Below, piece by piece: positions 37,788-48,349 of a DNA stretch of 48,349 nucleotides; position 1 is the stretch's first letter, and every line of letters starts with the position of its first letter. Below the pieces are notes generated by a model. That model did no database searches and had not been told where the DNA came from. It worked only from the letters and a program-made list of their open reading frames with translations. The stretch spans positions 1 to 48,349 of the forward strand of contig CAYJBG010000004.1 of the NCBI GenBank assembly GCA_964368085.1, written 5' to 3'. Origin of the DNA: an uncultured Acidiferrobacterales bacterium. GTDB lineage: Bacteria > Pseudomonadota > Gammaproteobacteria > Acidiferrobacterales > UBA6901. The translations under genes and the position numbers were made by a program.

Positions 37788-37825
37788 TCGCGTAGACTAC
37801 CACGCCCACGGTCACCGTGCCGCCG

Positions 37826-38002
37826 GCCGGAAAACTGCTTCTGCGTTGCCGGCACTTCTGCCCTCCATGGATGGAGTAATGCCGCGTGAGGGCAGGAGCC
37901 CGAAGCGGCCGCCATCCATGGCGGTCGGCAGAAAAACCGCTCCTGCGTTTGTCCCCGTAGGGACGGCTTCGCGCTCGGCACTTCCGCCATCCATGGCGGT
38001 CG
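37826..38002. repeat. Inverted nested cluster (177 bp) in the yciV/yciB divergent intergenic region
   Basis: A+B 37826-37927 (102 bp; B at 37859-37909) and A+C 37928-38002 (75 bp; C at 37951-37974). Confidence 0.85.
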
Positions 38003-38058
38003 CGTTGCCCGTGTGAGGCATTAATGCGAAAATGCCGGTCCATTCCCGGATGTCGCCA

Positions 38059-38631
38059 ATGAAATTCCTGTTCGACCTGTTCCCCCTGCTGCTGTTTTTC
38101 GCCGCCTTCCGGCTGTACGACATCTATGTCGCCACGGGCGTGGCGATCGTCGCCTCGTTCGCGCAGGTCGGCATCTACTGGTGGCGGCAGCGCAAGTTCG
38201 AGACCATGCACCTCATCACGCTCGCCGTGATCGTGGTGTTCGGCGGCCTCACCATCGCCCTGCACAGCGACGTCTTTATAAAATGGAAACCCACCATCCT
38301 CTACTGGATATTCGCCGCGCTGGTGTTGGGCAGCCAATTCGTCGGCGCCAAGACCGTCATGCAGCGTCTGCTCGGCGGCAAAATAGAACTCGATGCGCGC
38401 TTGTGGCGGCACTATAACCTGAGCTGGGGCCTGTTCTTCGTCGTGGCCGGCGCGCTCAACGTGTATGTGGCGTTTTATCACGGTCTCGACCAGACCGAAG
38501 CGGTGCGCCAGGCGACCTGGGTAAACTTCAAGGTGTTCGGCCTGCTCGGTCTCACTTTTGTCTTTGCCATGGTGCAGGCGCTCATTGTGGCGCGCCACAT
38601 GAAAGACCCGACCGACAAGGAGCTATCCTGA
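38059..38631 (+). CDS. yciB: Inner membrane septation protein
   Basis: [29 protein letters not shown]. Confidence 0.95.
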   Translation: MKFLFDLFPLLLFFAAFRLYDIYVATGVAIVASFAQVGIYWWRQRKFETMHLITLAVIVVFGGLTIALHSDVFIKWKPTILYWIFAALVLGSQFVGAKTVMQRLLGGKIELDARLWRHYNLSWGLFFVVAGALNVYVAFYHGLDQTEAVRQATWVNFKVFGLLGLTFVFAMVQALIVARHMKDPTDKELS

Positions 38632-38930
38632 TGTTCTACGCCATCCGCGGCACGGACGTGCCGGACAGCCTCGACAAACGCAAGGTTGCGCGCCCGGCAC
38701 ACATCGCGCGCCTCGAAACGCTGCGCGACGCCGGCCGCCTGCTGCTCTCCGGGCCGTTCCCGGCCATTGATGCCGAGGACCCGGGTCCGGCCGGTTATAC
38801 CGGCAGCCTGATCGTGGCCGAGTTCGATTCACTTGAGGATGCGCGCGCCTGGGCGCAGGCCGACCCGTATGTCGCCGCCGGTGTGTACGCCGCCGTGGAC
38901 GTGCAGCCGTTCCGAAAGGTGTTTCCGTGA
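38631..38930 (+). CDS. yciI: YciI family protein
   Basis: R-x3-RPAH-x-ARL, GP-x-[16 protein letters not shown]. Confidence 0.93.
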   Translation: MFYAIRGTDVPDSLDKRKVARPAHIARLETLRDAGRLLLSGPFPAIDAEDPGPAGYTGSLIVAEFDSLEDARAWAQADPYVAAGVYAAVDVQPFRKVFP

Positions 38931-39006
38931 AGCGAGTGCAAGCAGGAAGATCGCACGCGGACACCGCAAAGGGTTCTCTCTATCACCCTCGCAGTAGCCA
39001 GTTGCC

Positions 39007-39303
39007 ATGAAAAATGAACTGAGCCACATCTGTGGCGACCGCGTCGCGCAGATCGAACAGCGCCTGCGCACGGCGCTGGCGCCGCTGCGCCTTAAGGTCG
39101 AGGACGAAAGCGCCAAGCATGCCGGCCATGCCGGCGCACGCGCAGGCGGCGGCCACTACGACGTCACCATCGTTTCATCGCGGTTCGCCGGGAAAGACCT
39201 TCTGCAACGCCACCGCCTGGTCTATGATGCGCTCGGCGAGAGCCTGAGCGCCGAGGGCATTCACGCACTCAGCATCCACGCCCTGACCCCCGATGAAGCC
39301 TGA
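39007..39303 (+). CDS. bolA: BolA family protein
   Basis: DES-x2-HAGH, GGGHY, RHRLVY, IHALSI. Confidence 0.93.
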   Translation: MKNELSHICGDRVAQIEQRLRTALAPLRLKVEDESAKHAGHAGARAGGGHYDVTIVSSRFAGKDLLQRHRLVYDALGESLSAEGIHALSIHALTPDEA

Positions 39304-39328
39304 ACAACCAGACATCCAAGGAGATTCC

Positions 39329-40147
39329 ATGATTGCCCGCCGCTCGCTCTTCCTCATTCTGTTGCTCAGCGTCGGTCTGATGCTCGCCGCCTGCGCCAAG
39401 AAGATCCCGGATGACAGCAAGGTGCTCGCCAGCGTGAACGGCGAGGCCATCACCGAGAAAGACTACGAAGATTACCTGCGCGCCCGCCAGACACAGCAGG
39501 CGCCGATCCCGGACAAGGATAAAGAACGCACGGTGGTGCTGGATGAAATGATCAACCGTGTACTGCTGGTACAAAGCGCCGCGGACCAGAGGGTCGATCA
39601 CGAGCTGGATGTCTATTTCCAGATCAAGCGTCAACGCGAAAACGTGCTGGCGCGCGCCATGCTGCGCAAATACCTCAAGGACAACCCGATCTCGGACGAA
39701 GAGGTGCAGAAGCGCTTCGATCAGGAGATGGAGAAGGCGAACAAGAACGAGTATCGCGCGCGCCATATCCTGGTGCGCACCGAGGAAGAGGCGAAGGAAA
39801 TCATCGCTCAACTCCAGAAGGGCGCGGGCTTCAACGGCCTCGCCCAGAAGAAATCCATCGACGTGCGCTCCGGCAAGCAGGGTGGCGATCTGGGCTGGTT
39901 CGCCCAGGACGTAATCGTTCCGGAGTTCTTCAACGCCGTGGTGACGATGAAAAAAGGCGAAGTCTCGAAGGAAGCGGTCAAGAGCGACTTCGGCTGGCAC
40001 ATCATCAAGTTCGAAGACAGCCGCCCGCGCAAGCTGCCGGCCTTCGAGCAGGCCAAGGGCAACATCCGCCAACTGGTGCAACAGGAGCGCGTGGACGCGC
40101 TGGTGAAATCGCTCAAGGACAAGGGCAAGGTCAAGATCAACGAATAG
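39329..40147 (+). CDS. PpiC/parvulin-type peptidyl-prolyl isomerase lipoprotein
   Basis: RBS AGGAG, lipobox LAAC, ARHILV, GGDLGWF, FGWHII. Confidence 0.9.
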   Translation: MIARRSLFLILLLSVGLMLAACAKKIPDDSKVLASVNGEAITEKDYEDYLRARQTQQAPIPDKDKERTVVLDEMINRVLLVQSAADQRVDHELDVYFQIKRQRENVLARAMLRKYLKDNPISDEEVQKRFDQEMEKANKNEYRARHILVRTEEEAKEIIAQLQKGAGFNGLAQKKSIDVRSGKQGGDLGWFAQDVIVPEFFNAVVTMKKGEVSKEAVKSDFGWHIIKFEDSRPRKLPAFEQAKGNIRQLVQQERVDALVKSLKDKGKVKINE

Positions 40148-40184
40148 CCGGCGGCGCTCTGTACAGCGCCTCCGAGCTAGCCGC

Positions 40185-41186
40185 ATGAATGCCTTTCTGC
40201 CGTATCTCCTGCTCGCCGTGCTCGCCGCCGCCGCTGCCGCGGGCCGGGCGCAGGATTCATTTCCCTCCCTCGGGGCTAAAACCGTCGACCTGTGCGAGCC
40301 ACCGTCGGCGTGCGAACGTATCGGCGGCATACGCCTGCTTGGTGTGCTGGAGCTGCCCGCGCGCACGGTGAACGGTCATCGCTTCGCCGGGTTCTCCGGA
40401 CTGGCGTGGGATGAAGACGACAACCTGCTCTACGCATTAACCGATCACGGCGTTGTGTTCGGCCTGCGCCCGGCTTTGCACAACCATCGGCTCGTCGATG
40501 TCACATTGCGCCACGCCGCCGCGCTCATCGATCCGCGCACGCGCAGGCCGATGCGCTGGAAACGCAGCGACTCCGAAGGACTCGACATTCTCAACGGCCG
40601 CAACGGCAAGAAAGGCGACGCCGAGCTGCTGGTGAGCTTCGAGCGCGAGCCGCGCATCGCACGTTACCGGCCGGACGGGTCCCACATCGCCGATATCCAA
40701 CTGTCCGCGAAGTTGCGCGACGTGAGCCGTTATCACGGTGGCAACACGATGCTGGAATCGGTTTGCATGCACCCGCGCGAAGGTATTCTGACCGCGCCGG
40801 AAAAACCGCTGGACCATGAGACCGGCGCGGCGCGACTCTACCGGATGGATGGAAGTTCCTGGCGCTTTCCCGCGAGCCGCGGCGACATCGTCGCGCTCGA
40901 ATGCCTGCCGAGTGGTGACGTACTGGTGATGGAGCGAGACTACTCCACACTCTCGCTGCGCTGGATCATCACGCTCCGCCGCCTGCGCCTGCCAGCCGGC
41001 ACGGCGCCGGACTCCCTGCTTGCCGCAGAGACCGTGGCCACGCTCGACAGCGGCGCGGGTCTGCACATCGACAACTTCGAAGGGCTCGCGCACCACCGCG
41101 AGAATCGTTTTTTCATGGTGAGCGACGACAACAACGTATTCGTGCAGCGTACGCTGCTGTTGTACTTCGAGCTGCTCGGGGAATAA
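40185..41186 (+). CDS. Esterase-like/phytase-like beta-propeller protein
   Basis: Signal peptide; FSGL, DSEGL, VSFE, DNFEGL, MVSDDN...QRTLLL. Confidence 0.8.
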   Translation: MNAFLPYLLLAVLAAAAAAGRAQDSFPSLGAKTVDLCEPPSACERIGGIRLLGVLELPARTVNGHRFAGFSGLAWDEDDNLLYALTDHGVVFGLRPALHNHRLVDVTLRHAAALIDPRTRRPMRWKRSDSEGLDILNGRNGKKGDAELLVSFEREPRIARYRPDGSHIADIQLSAKLRDVSRYHGGNTMLESVCMHPREGILTAPEKPLDHETGAARLYRMDGSSWRFPASRGDIVALECLPSGDVLVMERDYSTLSLRWIITLRRLRLPAGTAPDSLLAAETVATLDSGAGLHIDNFEGLAHHRENRFFMVSDDNNVFVQRTLLLYFELLGE

Positions 41187-41244
41187 CCGTGCGGCTTTTC
41201 TCCCTCTCCTGTAATTCTCCGCCGCTTGCGGCATAGCGTTATTT

Positions 41245-41328
41245 GTAGGTTGGCGCTGAGGCTGCAAGCCGAAGCCCAACATAGCGGCTAGATACTGTTG
41301 GGCTTCACGTTGTTCAGCACCAACCTAC
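41245..41328. repeat. REPIN-like doublet (GTAGGTTGG family) between convergent genes
   Basis: GTAGGTTGG...GAAGCCCAAC-spacer-GTTGGGCTTC...CCAACCTAC. Confidence 0.7.
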
Positions 41329-41388
41329 CCACCAACACCCCGCCGCTTGCTGCGAGGGTTGTTATCCAGGCTGTTTTTCAACGGTCCG

Positions 41389-43634
<2,246 letters not shown>

Positions 43635-43664
43635 CGCAAACTATATCCCGGTTTTCGGTAACTG

Positions 43665-43910
43665 TTGTTGCTTTTGACGTTGGGACCCGTAGCCGCCGCC
43701 GAGCATCGGAGTCGAAGGCGGGAATAGCCGCGCGTAGCGCGGTTCGCGCCGGGAGCGCGAACTCGCCAGTCGGCACAGGGAGGTGCCGTCTGGCGAGCCC
43801 CGGCTTCGGCGAGAAGCGCAGGTGTTTTTAGGCGGCTTCGGGGCGGCCTTCTTTTTGGTTACATTTTTCTTGGCCGAACAAGAAAAAGTAACCCGCCGCC
43901 GCGCGGCCAG
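43665..43910 (+). ncRNA. Structured repeat/ncRNA candidate with two GGA loops (TwoAYGGAY-like)
   Basis: GTTCGCGC-CGGGA-GCGCGAAC, CTCGCCAG..CGGCAC-AGGGAG-GTGCCG..CTGGCGAG, and a 3' hairpin GGTTAC.TTTTTCTTG-GCCGAA-CAAGAAAAA.GTAACC; boundaries approximate. Confidence 0.5.
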
Positions 43911-43960
43911 CGGCATCATTGCGGTTTAAGCATCGCCGGAGGCGATACAAACTAACCCCG

Positions 43961-44073
43961 CCCTCACCCTAGCCCTCTCCCTGAGGGAGAGGAAACAAAA
44001 GGGCGGTGCGCAAGCGCACCCTACACTGGCAACTGCGGCCCTCACCCCAACCCCTCTCCCGGAGGGAGAGGGG
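43961..44073. repeat. Two CCCTCACCC..CCCTCTCCC units bracketing a GGTGCGCAAGCGCACC-CTAC REP
   Basis: Units at 43961-43992, 44005-44024 and 44039-44073; a REP relative lies at ~17360-17379. Confidence 0.65.
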
Positions 44074-44080
44074 AAAGAAA

Positions 44081-45295
44081 TTAACTGAACAACCGCATTG
44101 CCGTGGCGCTGCCCGGAATAATCCCGCGATTGGTCATCTCGGCGGTGAGGCGTTCGATCTGGGTGCGGATCACCATCAGGCCCTGATCGGTGAGCGGATG
44201 GTGATCGTGGTCTTCGAGGCGGCCGTCGAGCTTCTCGCACAACCCCTTTGCGATCTGCGCCATTTGCTCGAACACGCGCACCGGTTGGTAGGCGCACGGC
44301 ACATTCATAAACAGCGTGAGGCCCTGGGTACGAAAACGGTCCACCTGGGCGGGATCGAACTCGCCCGGCTGGTAGAGATTGGCGAGGCTGAACAGGTGCC
44401 GGCAGCCGAGCGCCTGATCGTTCTTCTTGTGATAGACATTCATCGCCCCGAATTGCAGACCGCACAGGCGCGCGGCCTGGTCGATCGCGTGCCCGCTGAA
44501 ACCGGTTGGACCGTTGGCAAGGATGTTGATGCTGGCGAGCACGTCGTTGGTCTCGCAGAACTCGTCGAGTTCGCGCGCGCAGTCCTGCGCCGCTTCGAAC
44601 GACATGGAGAACTTGGTTGGACGTTGCAGGGTATCGGCCAGCTTGAGGGCGAGCTGCGTGAAGGTATTGAGTTCGGATTCGCCGATCGGACCCTTGCTGT
44701 CCACCATCAGGACGCTGAGCGCGATGCTGCGGTACTGCGCGTTTTCCGGATCGGTTTCCAGATTGGACCACAGGCCGGTCTTGTAACCGAGGCCGTAGAT
44801 GTAACGCGGCTTCTCCAGCAGGTACTCGTTCTGCTTGTAGACGCCAAGCGCGATGTCGCGGCTTACCGGTCCCTTGCCGGGCAGGGTCACGACGTAATCG
44901 ACCTTTTCGTCCGGCATGTTCTGGCGATTGCCGCCCTGGACGCTGAGCATGTCCGGGTCTTGCAGGCCGAGACTGAGATCGAGCGGCATGAGCGCCGTTT
45001 GTTCGTAGTCGTTCAATTGCTCGTACAGGGCTGCATCCGGCGTTATTGCCTCGGCTGGCGCCACGGCACCGTGGGACTTGAGAAAGCGGCTATCCTGCTC
45101 GCGCGGCGGCCCGGGGTTGATGTCCAGACCGGTGGCGGTCGGCGGCCGGCGGCGGGCGATAACGGCCGAGGTTTCGCCCGCGCCCCTGTCCGCCGCCAGT
45201 CGCCGCCGGCCGAAGCGCACCCTTTCATAGGTAGTAAGGGCGACGACCCCGACGATAATGCATCCAATCAGCAGTAAGGCCAGTTGCAACTCCAT
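44081..45295 (-). CDS. zipA: Cell division protein ZipA-like (N-terminal TM, C-terminal FtsZ-binding domains)
   Basis: Single N-terminal TM, GL-x-FG-x-MN-x-YH, LFSLAN-x3-PG-x-F, GLTLFM; smc-zipA-ligA synteny. Confidence 0.8.
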   Translation of the reverse strand: MELQLALLLIGCIIVGVVALTTYERVRFGRRRLAADRGAGETSAVIARRRPPTATGLDINPGPPREQDSRFLKSHGAVAPAEAITPDAALYEQLNDYEQTALMPLDLSLGLQDPDMLSVQGGNRQNMPDEKVDYVVTLPGKGPVSRDIALGVYKQNEYLLEKPRYIYGLGYKTGLWSNLETDPENAQYRSIALSVLMVDSKGPIGESELNTFTQLALKLADTLQRPTKFSMSFEAAQDCARELDEFCETNDVLASINILANGPTGFSGHAIDQAARLCGLQFGAMNVYHKKNDQALGCRHLFSLANLYQPGEFDPAQVDRFRTQGLTLFMNVPCAYQPVRVFEQMAQIAKGLCEKLDGRLEDHDHHPLTDQGLMVIRTQIERLTAEMTNRGIIPGSATAMRLFS

Positions 45296-45350
45296 CCTGC
45301 TCCATCCACGGGTGGATTAAGGTCTCGTCTGCAATAATGCAGCCTGACAA

Positions 45351-48349
45351 TTACTGAGCGACCATTTCCAACGCCTGCTCGACATCCACGGACACCAGAC
45401 GCGACACGCCCGGCTCTGACATGGTCACGCCCACCAGCATCTCGGCGATCTCCATGCTGATCTTGTTGTGCGTGATGTACACCAACTGGGTCTTCTCCGA
45501 CAGTTGCTTGAGCATGTCCGAGTAGCGCAGCACGTTGGCGTCGTCGAGCGGCGCGTCCACCTCGTCCAGGAAGCAGAACGGCGCCGGGCTGAGCTCGAAC
45601 AGCGCGAACAGCAAGGATACCGCGGTCAATGCCTTCTCGCCGCCGGATAGCAGATGAATGGTGCTGTTGCGCTTGCCGGGCGGGCGCGCCATGACGCTGA
45701 CGCCGGTGTCGAGGATGTCCGCGCCGCTGAGTTCGAGGTAGGCGTGCCCGCCGCCGAACAGCTTCGGGAAAATCGCCTGGAAGGCGGTATTGACCTTGTC
45801 GAAAGTTTCCTTGAAACGCGTACGCGTCTCGCGGTCGATCTTGCGGATCGCGTCTTCCAGAGTGGCCAGCGCCTGCGTCAAATCTTCCGACTGACTGTCG
45901 AGGTAGTTCTTGCGCGTCGACTGTTCCTCGTATTCGTCGATCGCCACCAGATTGATCGGCCCGAGCCGGTCGATCTTGGCGGTGAGCTCTTCGAGGCGCG
46001 TGTGCCAGCTTTCCTCGGTGGCCTCGGCCGCAGTTTCGGCCAGCACCTGCGCCGGCTCGGCGCCGCCCTCGCGCACCTGCTCGGCGAGCGTGTCGCGCCG
46101 CACGGAAATCTCCTGGCGGCCGATGCGCCCGTGTTCAAGTGCCTCGCGCGCCTTCTCGATCTGCTGTTCGGTCGTGTGCCGCGCCTGTTCTTGTTCGCGT
46201 AGCGTCGTGTCGAACTCTGCAACCTTCTGGCGCGCCGCGTTCATGCGGCCTTCGATTTCGATGCGCCGCGAGAGCCCCGCATCCAGCTGACGCTTGAGTT
46301 GAAGCTCCGGTTGCGCATCGTCGTCCAGCTTGTCCGCCAGTTCGGCGCGGCGGTCGCTAAGATGTTTGAGCTGACCCTCAAGGCGGGCGATGCCCTGATC
46401 GGTGCTCCCTTGCGAGGTGCGCAGGGTTTCATGCTCGATCTCGACCTGATGCAAAGCCTCGCTGGCGCCGGCAGCGTCCGTGCGCGCGGCGTCGAGCGCG
46501 GCGCGCAAACTGTCGCGCTGCCCGATGAGGTGTGCGCGCCGCTCGTCCAGCGTGCCTACCTGTTCCGAGGCTTCGCGCAGCAACGCAGCAGCGTTCGTGA
46601 TTTCGCCTTGGGAGTGCATCAGGCGTGCCTGGATGTCGCCGAGTTCCTGTTCAATCTGGCCGCGCCGCGTCTGCTGCTGGCCGAGGCGCTCCTGTTCGTG
46701 GCCGAGGCGTGCATGAAACGCGGCACGTTCGCGGTTGCGTTCGTTGAGCGCACGGCGGCGTTCATCGCGCTCACTCTCGAACGCCGCGATCTGCTGTTGA
46801 GACGCGGCGAGCTGCATCTGGGCGGCGCGCAACGCCTCGTCCAATTCCGCCGTCTCGCGTGTCAGATTCTCGATCTCGCGCTCGCGCCCGAGCACGCCGG
46901 CGCGCGCGCTCTCGCGGTCGGACACAGCCATCCAGTTAGCACCGACCCAGGCGCCGCTGCGCGTCACCACCGATTCGTGCGGAGCGAGTTGCGCGCGCAA
47001 GGCCAGGGCATCGGTCAGCGATTCGGCCGCGTAGACGCCGGCCAGCAACGGCGCAAGATCGGCCTGCGCGCGCAGCTTGCTCAGCAGCGTCGGCCAGTTG
47101 CCATTCACGGCGGCGGGCGCTGTGGCGCCGGTTTCAAAGATCGTCAGATCGGCCTGGTTGAGATTCTCAACGTCGCTGGCGAAAGTATCGAGCTTCGCCA
47201 CGCACACCGCGGCAAGGTCGGTATCGAGGACGCGCTCCACCGCTTTCTCCCAGCCCGGTTCCGCCACCACCAGACCGGCGAGGCGCGGCGCCTGTGAGAG
47301 TTTACGCTGGGCCAGCCATCGATTGAGCGTGGCATCGTGTTGACCGAAGGCCGCCGATTGCAACTCGCGCAGACTTGCCAGACGCGCCTCGCTCTTTTGT
47401 TTGCGTCCGCGCTGCTCCTCGATGCCCGCATTCATCGTGTCGAGACGGGACCGTCCGGCGCGGATTTGCGCTTCGATGTCTTCGAGTTCCTGCTCGCGTG
47501 TCACAAAAGCGGCGTCGTGCTCCGCGCCTTCGCGCCGCAGCGCTTCGATGTCGAGCGCGGCTAGGGATTCAGCTAAAGCACGCAGCTCGGTGTTGAGCCG
47601 GCCCTGGCGCTCCTGCAAATGCGCAATGTGGCCCTCCAGACTCTGGATGCGCGCGCCTTCCACATCGCGCACGCGCGCCGGTTCCGCGGATTCGCCGCCA
47701 AACGCGTCCCACGCACCCTGCCATGCCTGCATCGCCTGTTCGGCCGCACGCAGCACTTCGCCGGCACGGTCGCGCTGTGCCCGGCGTTCGCCGAACAACG
47801 ACGCGCCGGTTTCGATCTTCGCGCGCAGTTCGTTCAGCCGTTGCTGATCGGCGCGCAAATGGGTGCTGGCTTCCTCCCAGGATCGGTCCACCTGCTCGCG
47901 CTCGCGCTGGTGTTGTTCACGCGTCTCGCGCGCGTGCGCTATGGCCTGCTCGAGGTTGTTCACCTCGGCGCCGGCCGCGTAGAACTCGCCCTGCACGCTG
48001 TTGAACCGATCGTTCGCCTCGGTCTGGGCGACGCGCAGGCGCTCGATTTCGGCCTCGATGGCGCGCAGGCCGGCAATAATGCCTTCAAGTTCGGTTTCGC
48101 GCGCCGCAATTGCGCTGTCGTGGCTGTGCGCCTCTTGATCCAGCGTCCGCCAGCGCAGGCTGAGCAACTGGACGCGCACCGTGCGTTCCTCCTGCTTCAA
48201 TTCCTTATAACGTTGCGCGGCGCGTGACTGGCGCTGCAGGCGATTGAGCTGGGTTTCGAGTTCCTTGCGAATGTCCTCGACGCGTGACAGATTTTCGCGC
48301 GTGTGCTTGATGCGGTTCTCGGTCTCGCGCCGGCGCTCCTTGTAGCGCG
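45351..48349 (-). CDS. smc: Chromosome partition protein Smc (5' end outside window)
   Basis: Long coiled coil, hinge GWEKAVE, LGPINL-x-AI, LLSGGEKAL, LDEVDAPLDD, ITH. Confidence 0.96.
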   Translation of the reverse strand, partial: RYKERRRETENRIKHTRENLSRVEDIRKELETQLNRLQRQSRAAQRYKELKQEERTVRVQLLSLRWRTLDQEAHSHDSAIAARETELEGIIAGLRAIEAEIERLRVAQTEANDRFNSVQGEFYAAGAEVNNLEQAIAHARETREQHQREREQVDRSWEEASTHLRADQQRLNELRAKIETGASLFGERRAQRDRAGEVLRAAEQAMQAWQGAWDAFGGESAEPARVRDVEGARIQSLEGHIAHLQERQGRLNTELRALAESLAALDIEALRREGAEHDAAFVTREQELEDIEAQIRAGRSRLDTMNAGIEEQRGRKQKSEARLASLRELQSAAFGQHDATLNRWLAQRKLSQAPRLAGLVVAEPGWEKAVERVLDTDLAAVCVAKLDTFASDVENLNQADLTIFETGATAPAAVNGNWPTLLSKLRAQADLAPLLAGVYAAESLTDALALRAQLAPHESVVTRSGAWVGANWMAVSDRESARAGVLGREREIENLTRETAELDEALRAAQMQLAASQQQIAAFESERDERRRALNERNRERAAFHARLGHEQERLGQQQTRRGQIEQELGDIQARLMHSQGEITNAAALLREASEQVGTLDERRAHLIGQRDSLRAALDAARTDAAGASEALHQVEIEHETLRTSQGSTDQGIARLEGQLKHLSDRRAELADKLDDDAQPELQLKRQLDAGLSRRIEIEGRMNAARQKVAEFDTTLREQEQARHTTEQQIEKAREALEHGRIGRQEISVRRDTLAEQVREGGAEPAQVLAETAAEATEESWHTRLEELTAKIDRLGPINLVAIDEYEEQSTRKNYLDSQSEDLTQALATLEDAIRKIDRETRTRFKETFDKVNTAFQAIFPKLFGGGHAYLELSGADILDTGVSVMARPPGKRNSTIHLLSGGEKALTAVSLLFALFELSPAPFCFLDEVDAPLDDANVLRYSDMLKQLSEKTQLVYITHNKISMEIAEMLVGVTMSEPGVSRLVSVDVEQALEMVAQ

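Noticed and set aside
36685-38002. CRISPR array interpretation of the repeated CCATGGATGG units
   Set aside because: Units are nested and inverted with no unique spacers of regular length, and there are no cas genes in the window.

Overview
GC-rich gammaproteobacterial chromosome segment. Gene content and order suggest an Acidiferrobacterales/Sulfuricaulis-like lineage (inference only). Two core blocks are present: xerD-ogt-TPR-rplS-trmD-rimM-rpsP, and mlaA, nadA, mtnC, rluB-scpB-scpA-trpS, yciO, yciV, yciB-yciI-bolA-PPIase, ligA-zipA-smc. They flank a ~20 kb accessory region (~5.7-25.9 kb). That region holds a co-oriented cluster of surface/secreted repeat proteins, two Crp paralogues, a small orphan gene, a frameshifted MalT/AfsR-like STAND-SARP regulator, a broken RelE/HigB TA pair, and a chromate operon carrying a RAYT with four REPs. 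Main leads: (1) an apparent regulatory cascade in which a Crp paralogue with a rewired recognition helix (SRE->SPK) sits next to a matching rewired operator (CCGGA-N6-TCCGG at about -41.5, two copies), while its sister Crp sits next to canonical TGTGA-N6-TCACA boxes, and a SARP-type direct repeat lies upstream of the small gene-crp unit; (2) a 51-bp, two-GGA-hairpin element that inserts into itself and in frame into the yciV protein, always in multiples of 3 bp; (3) many short palindromic repeat families and MITEs. All functional calls come from motif recognition by eye; no searches were run.
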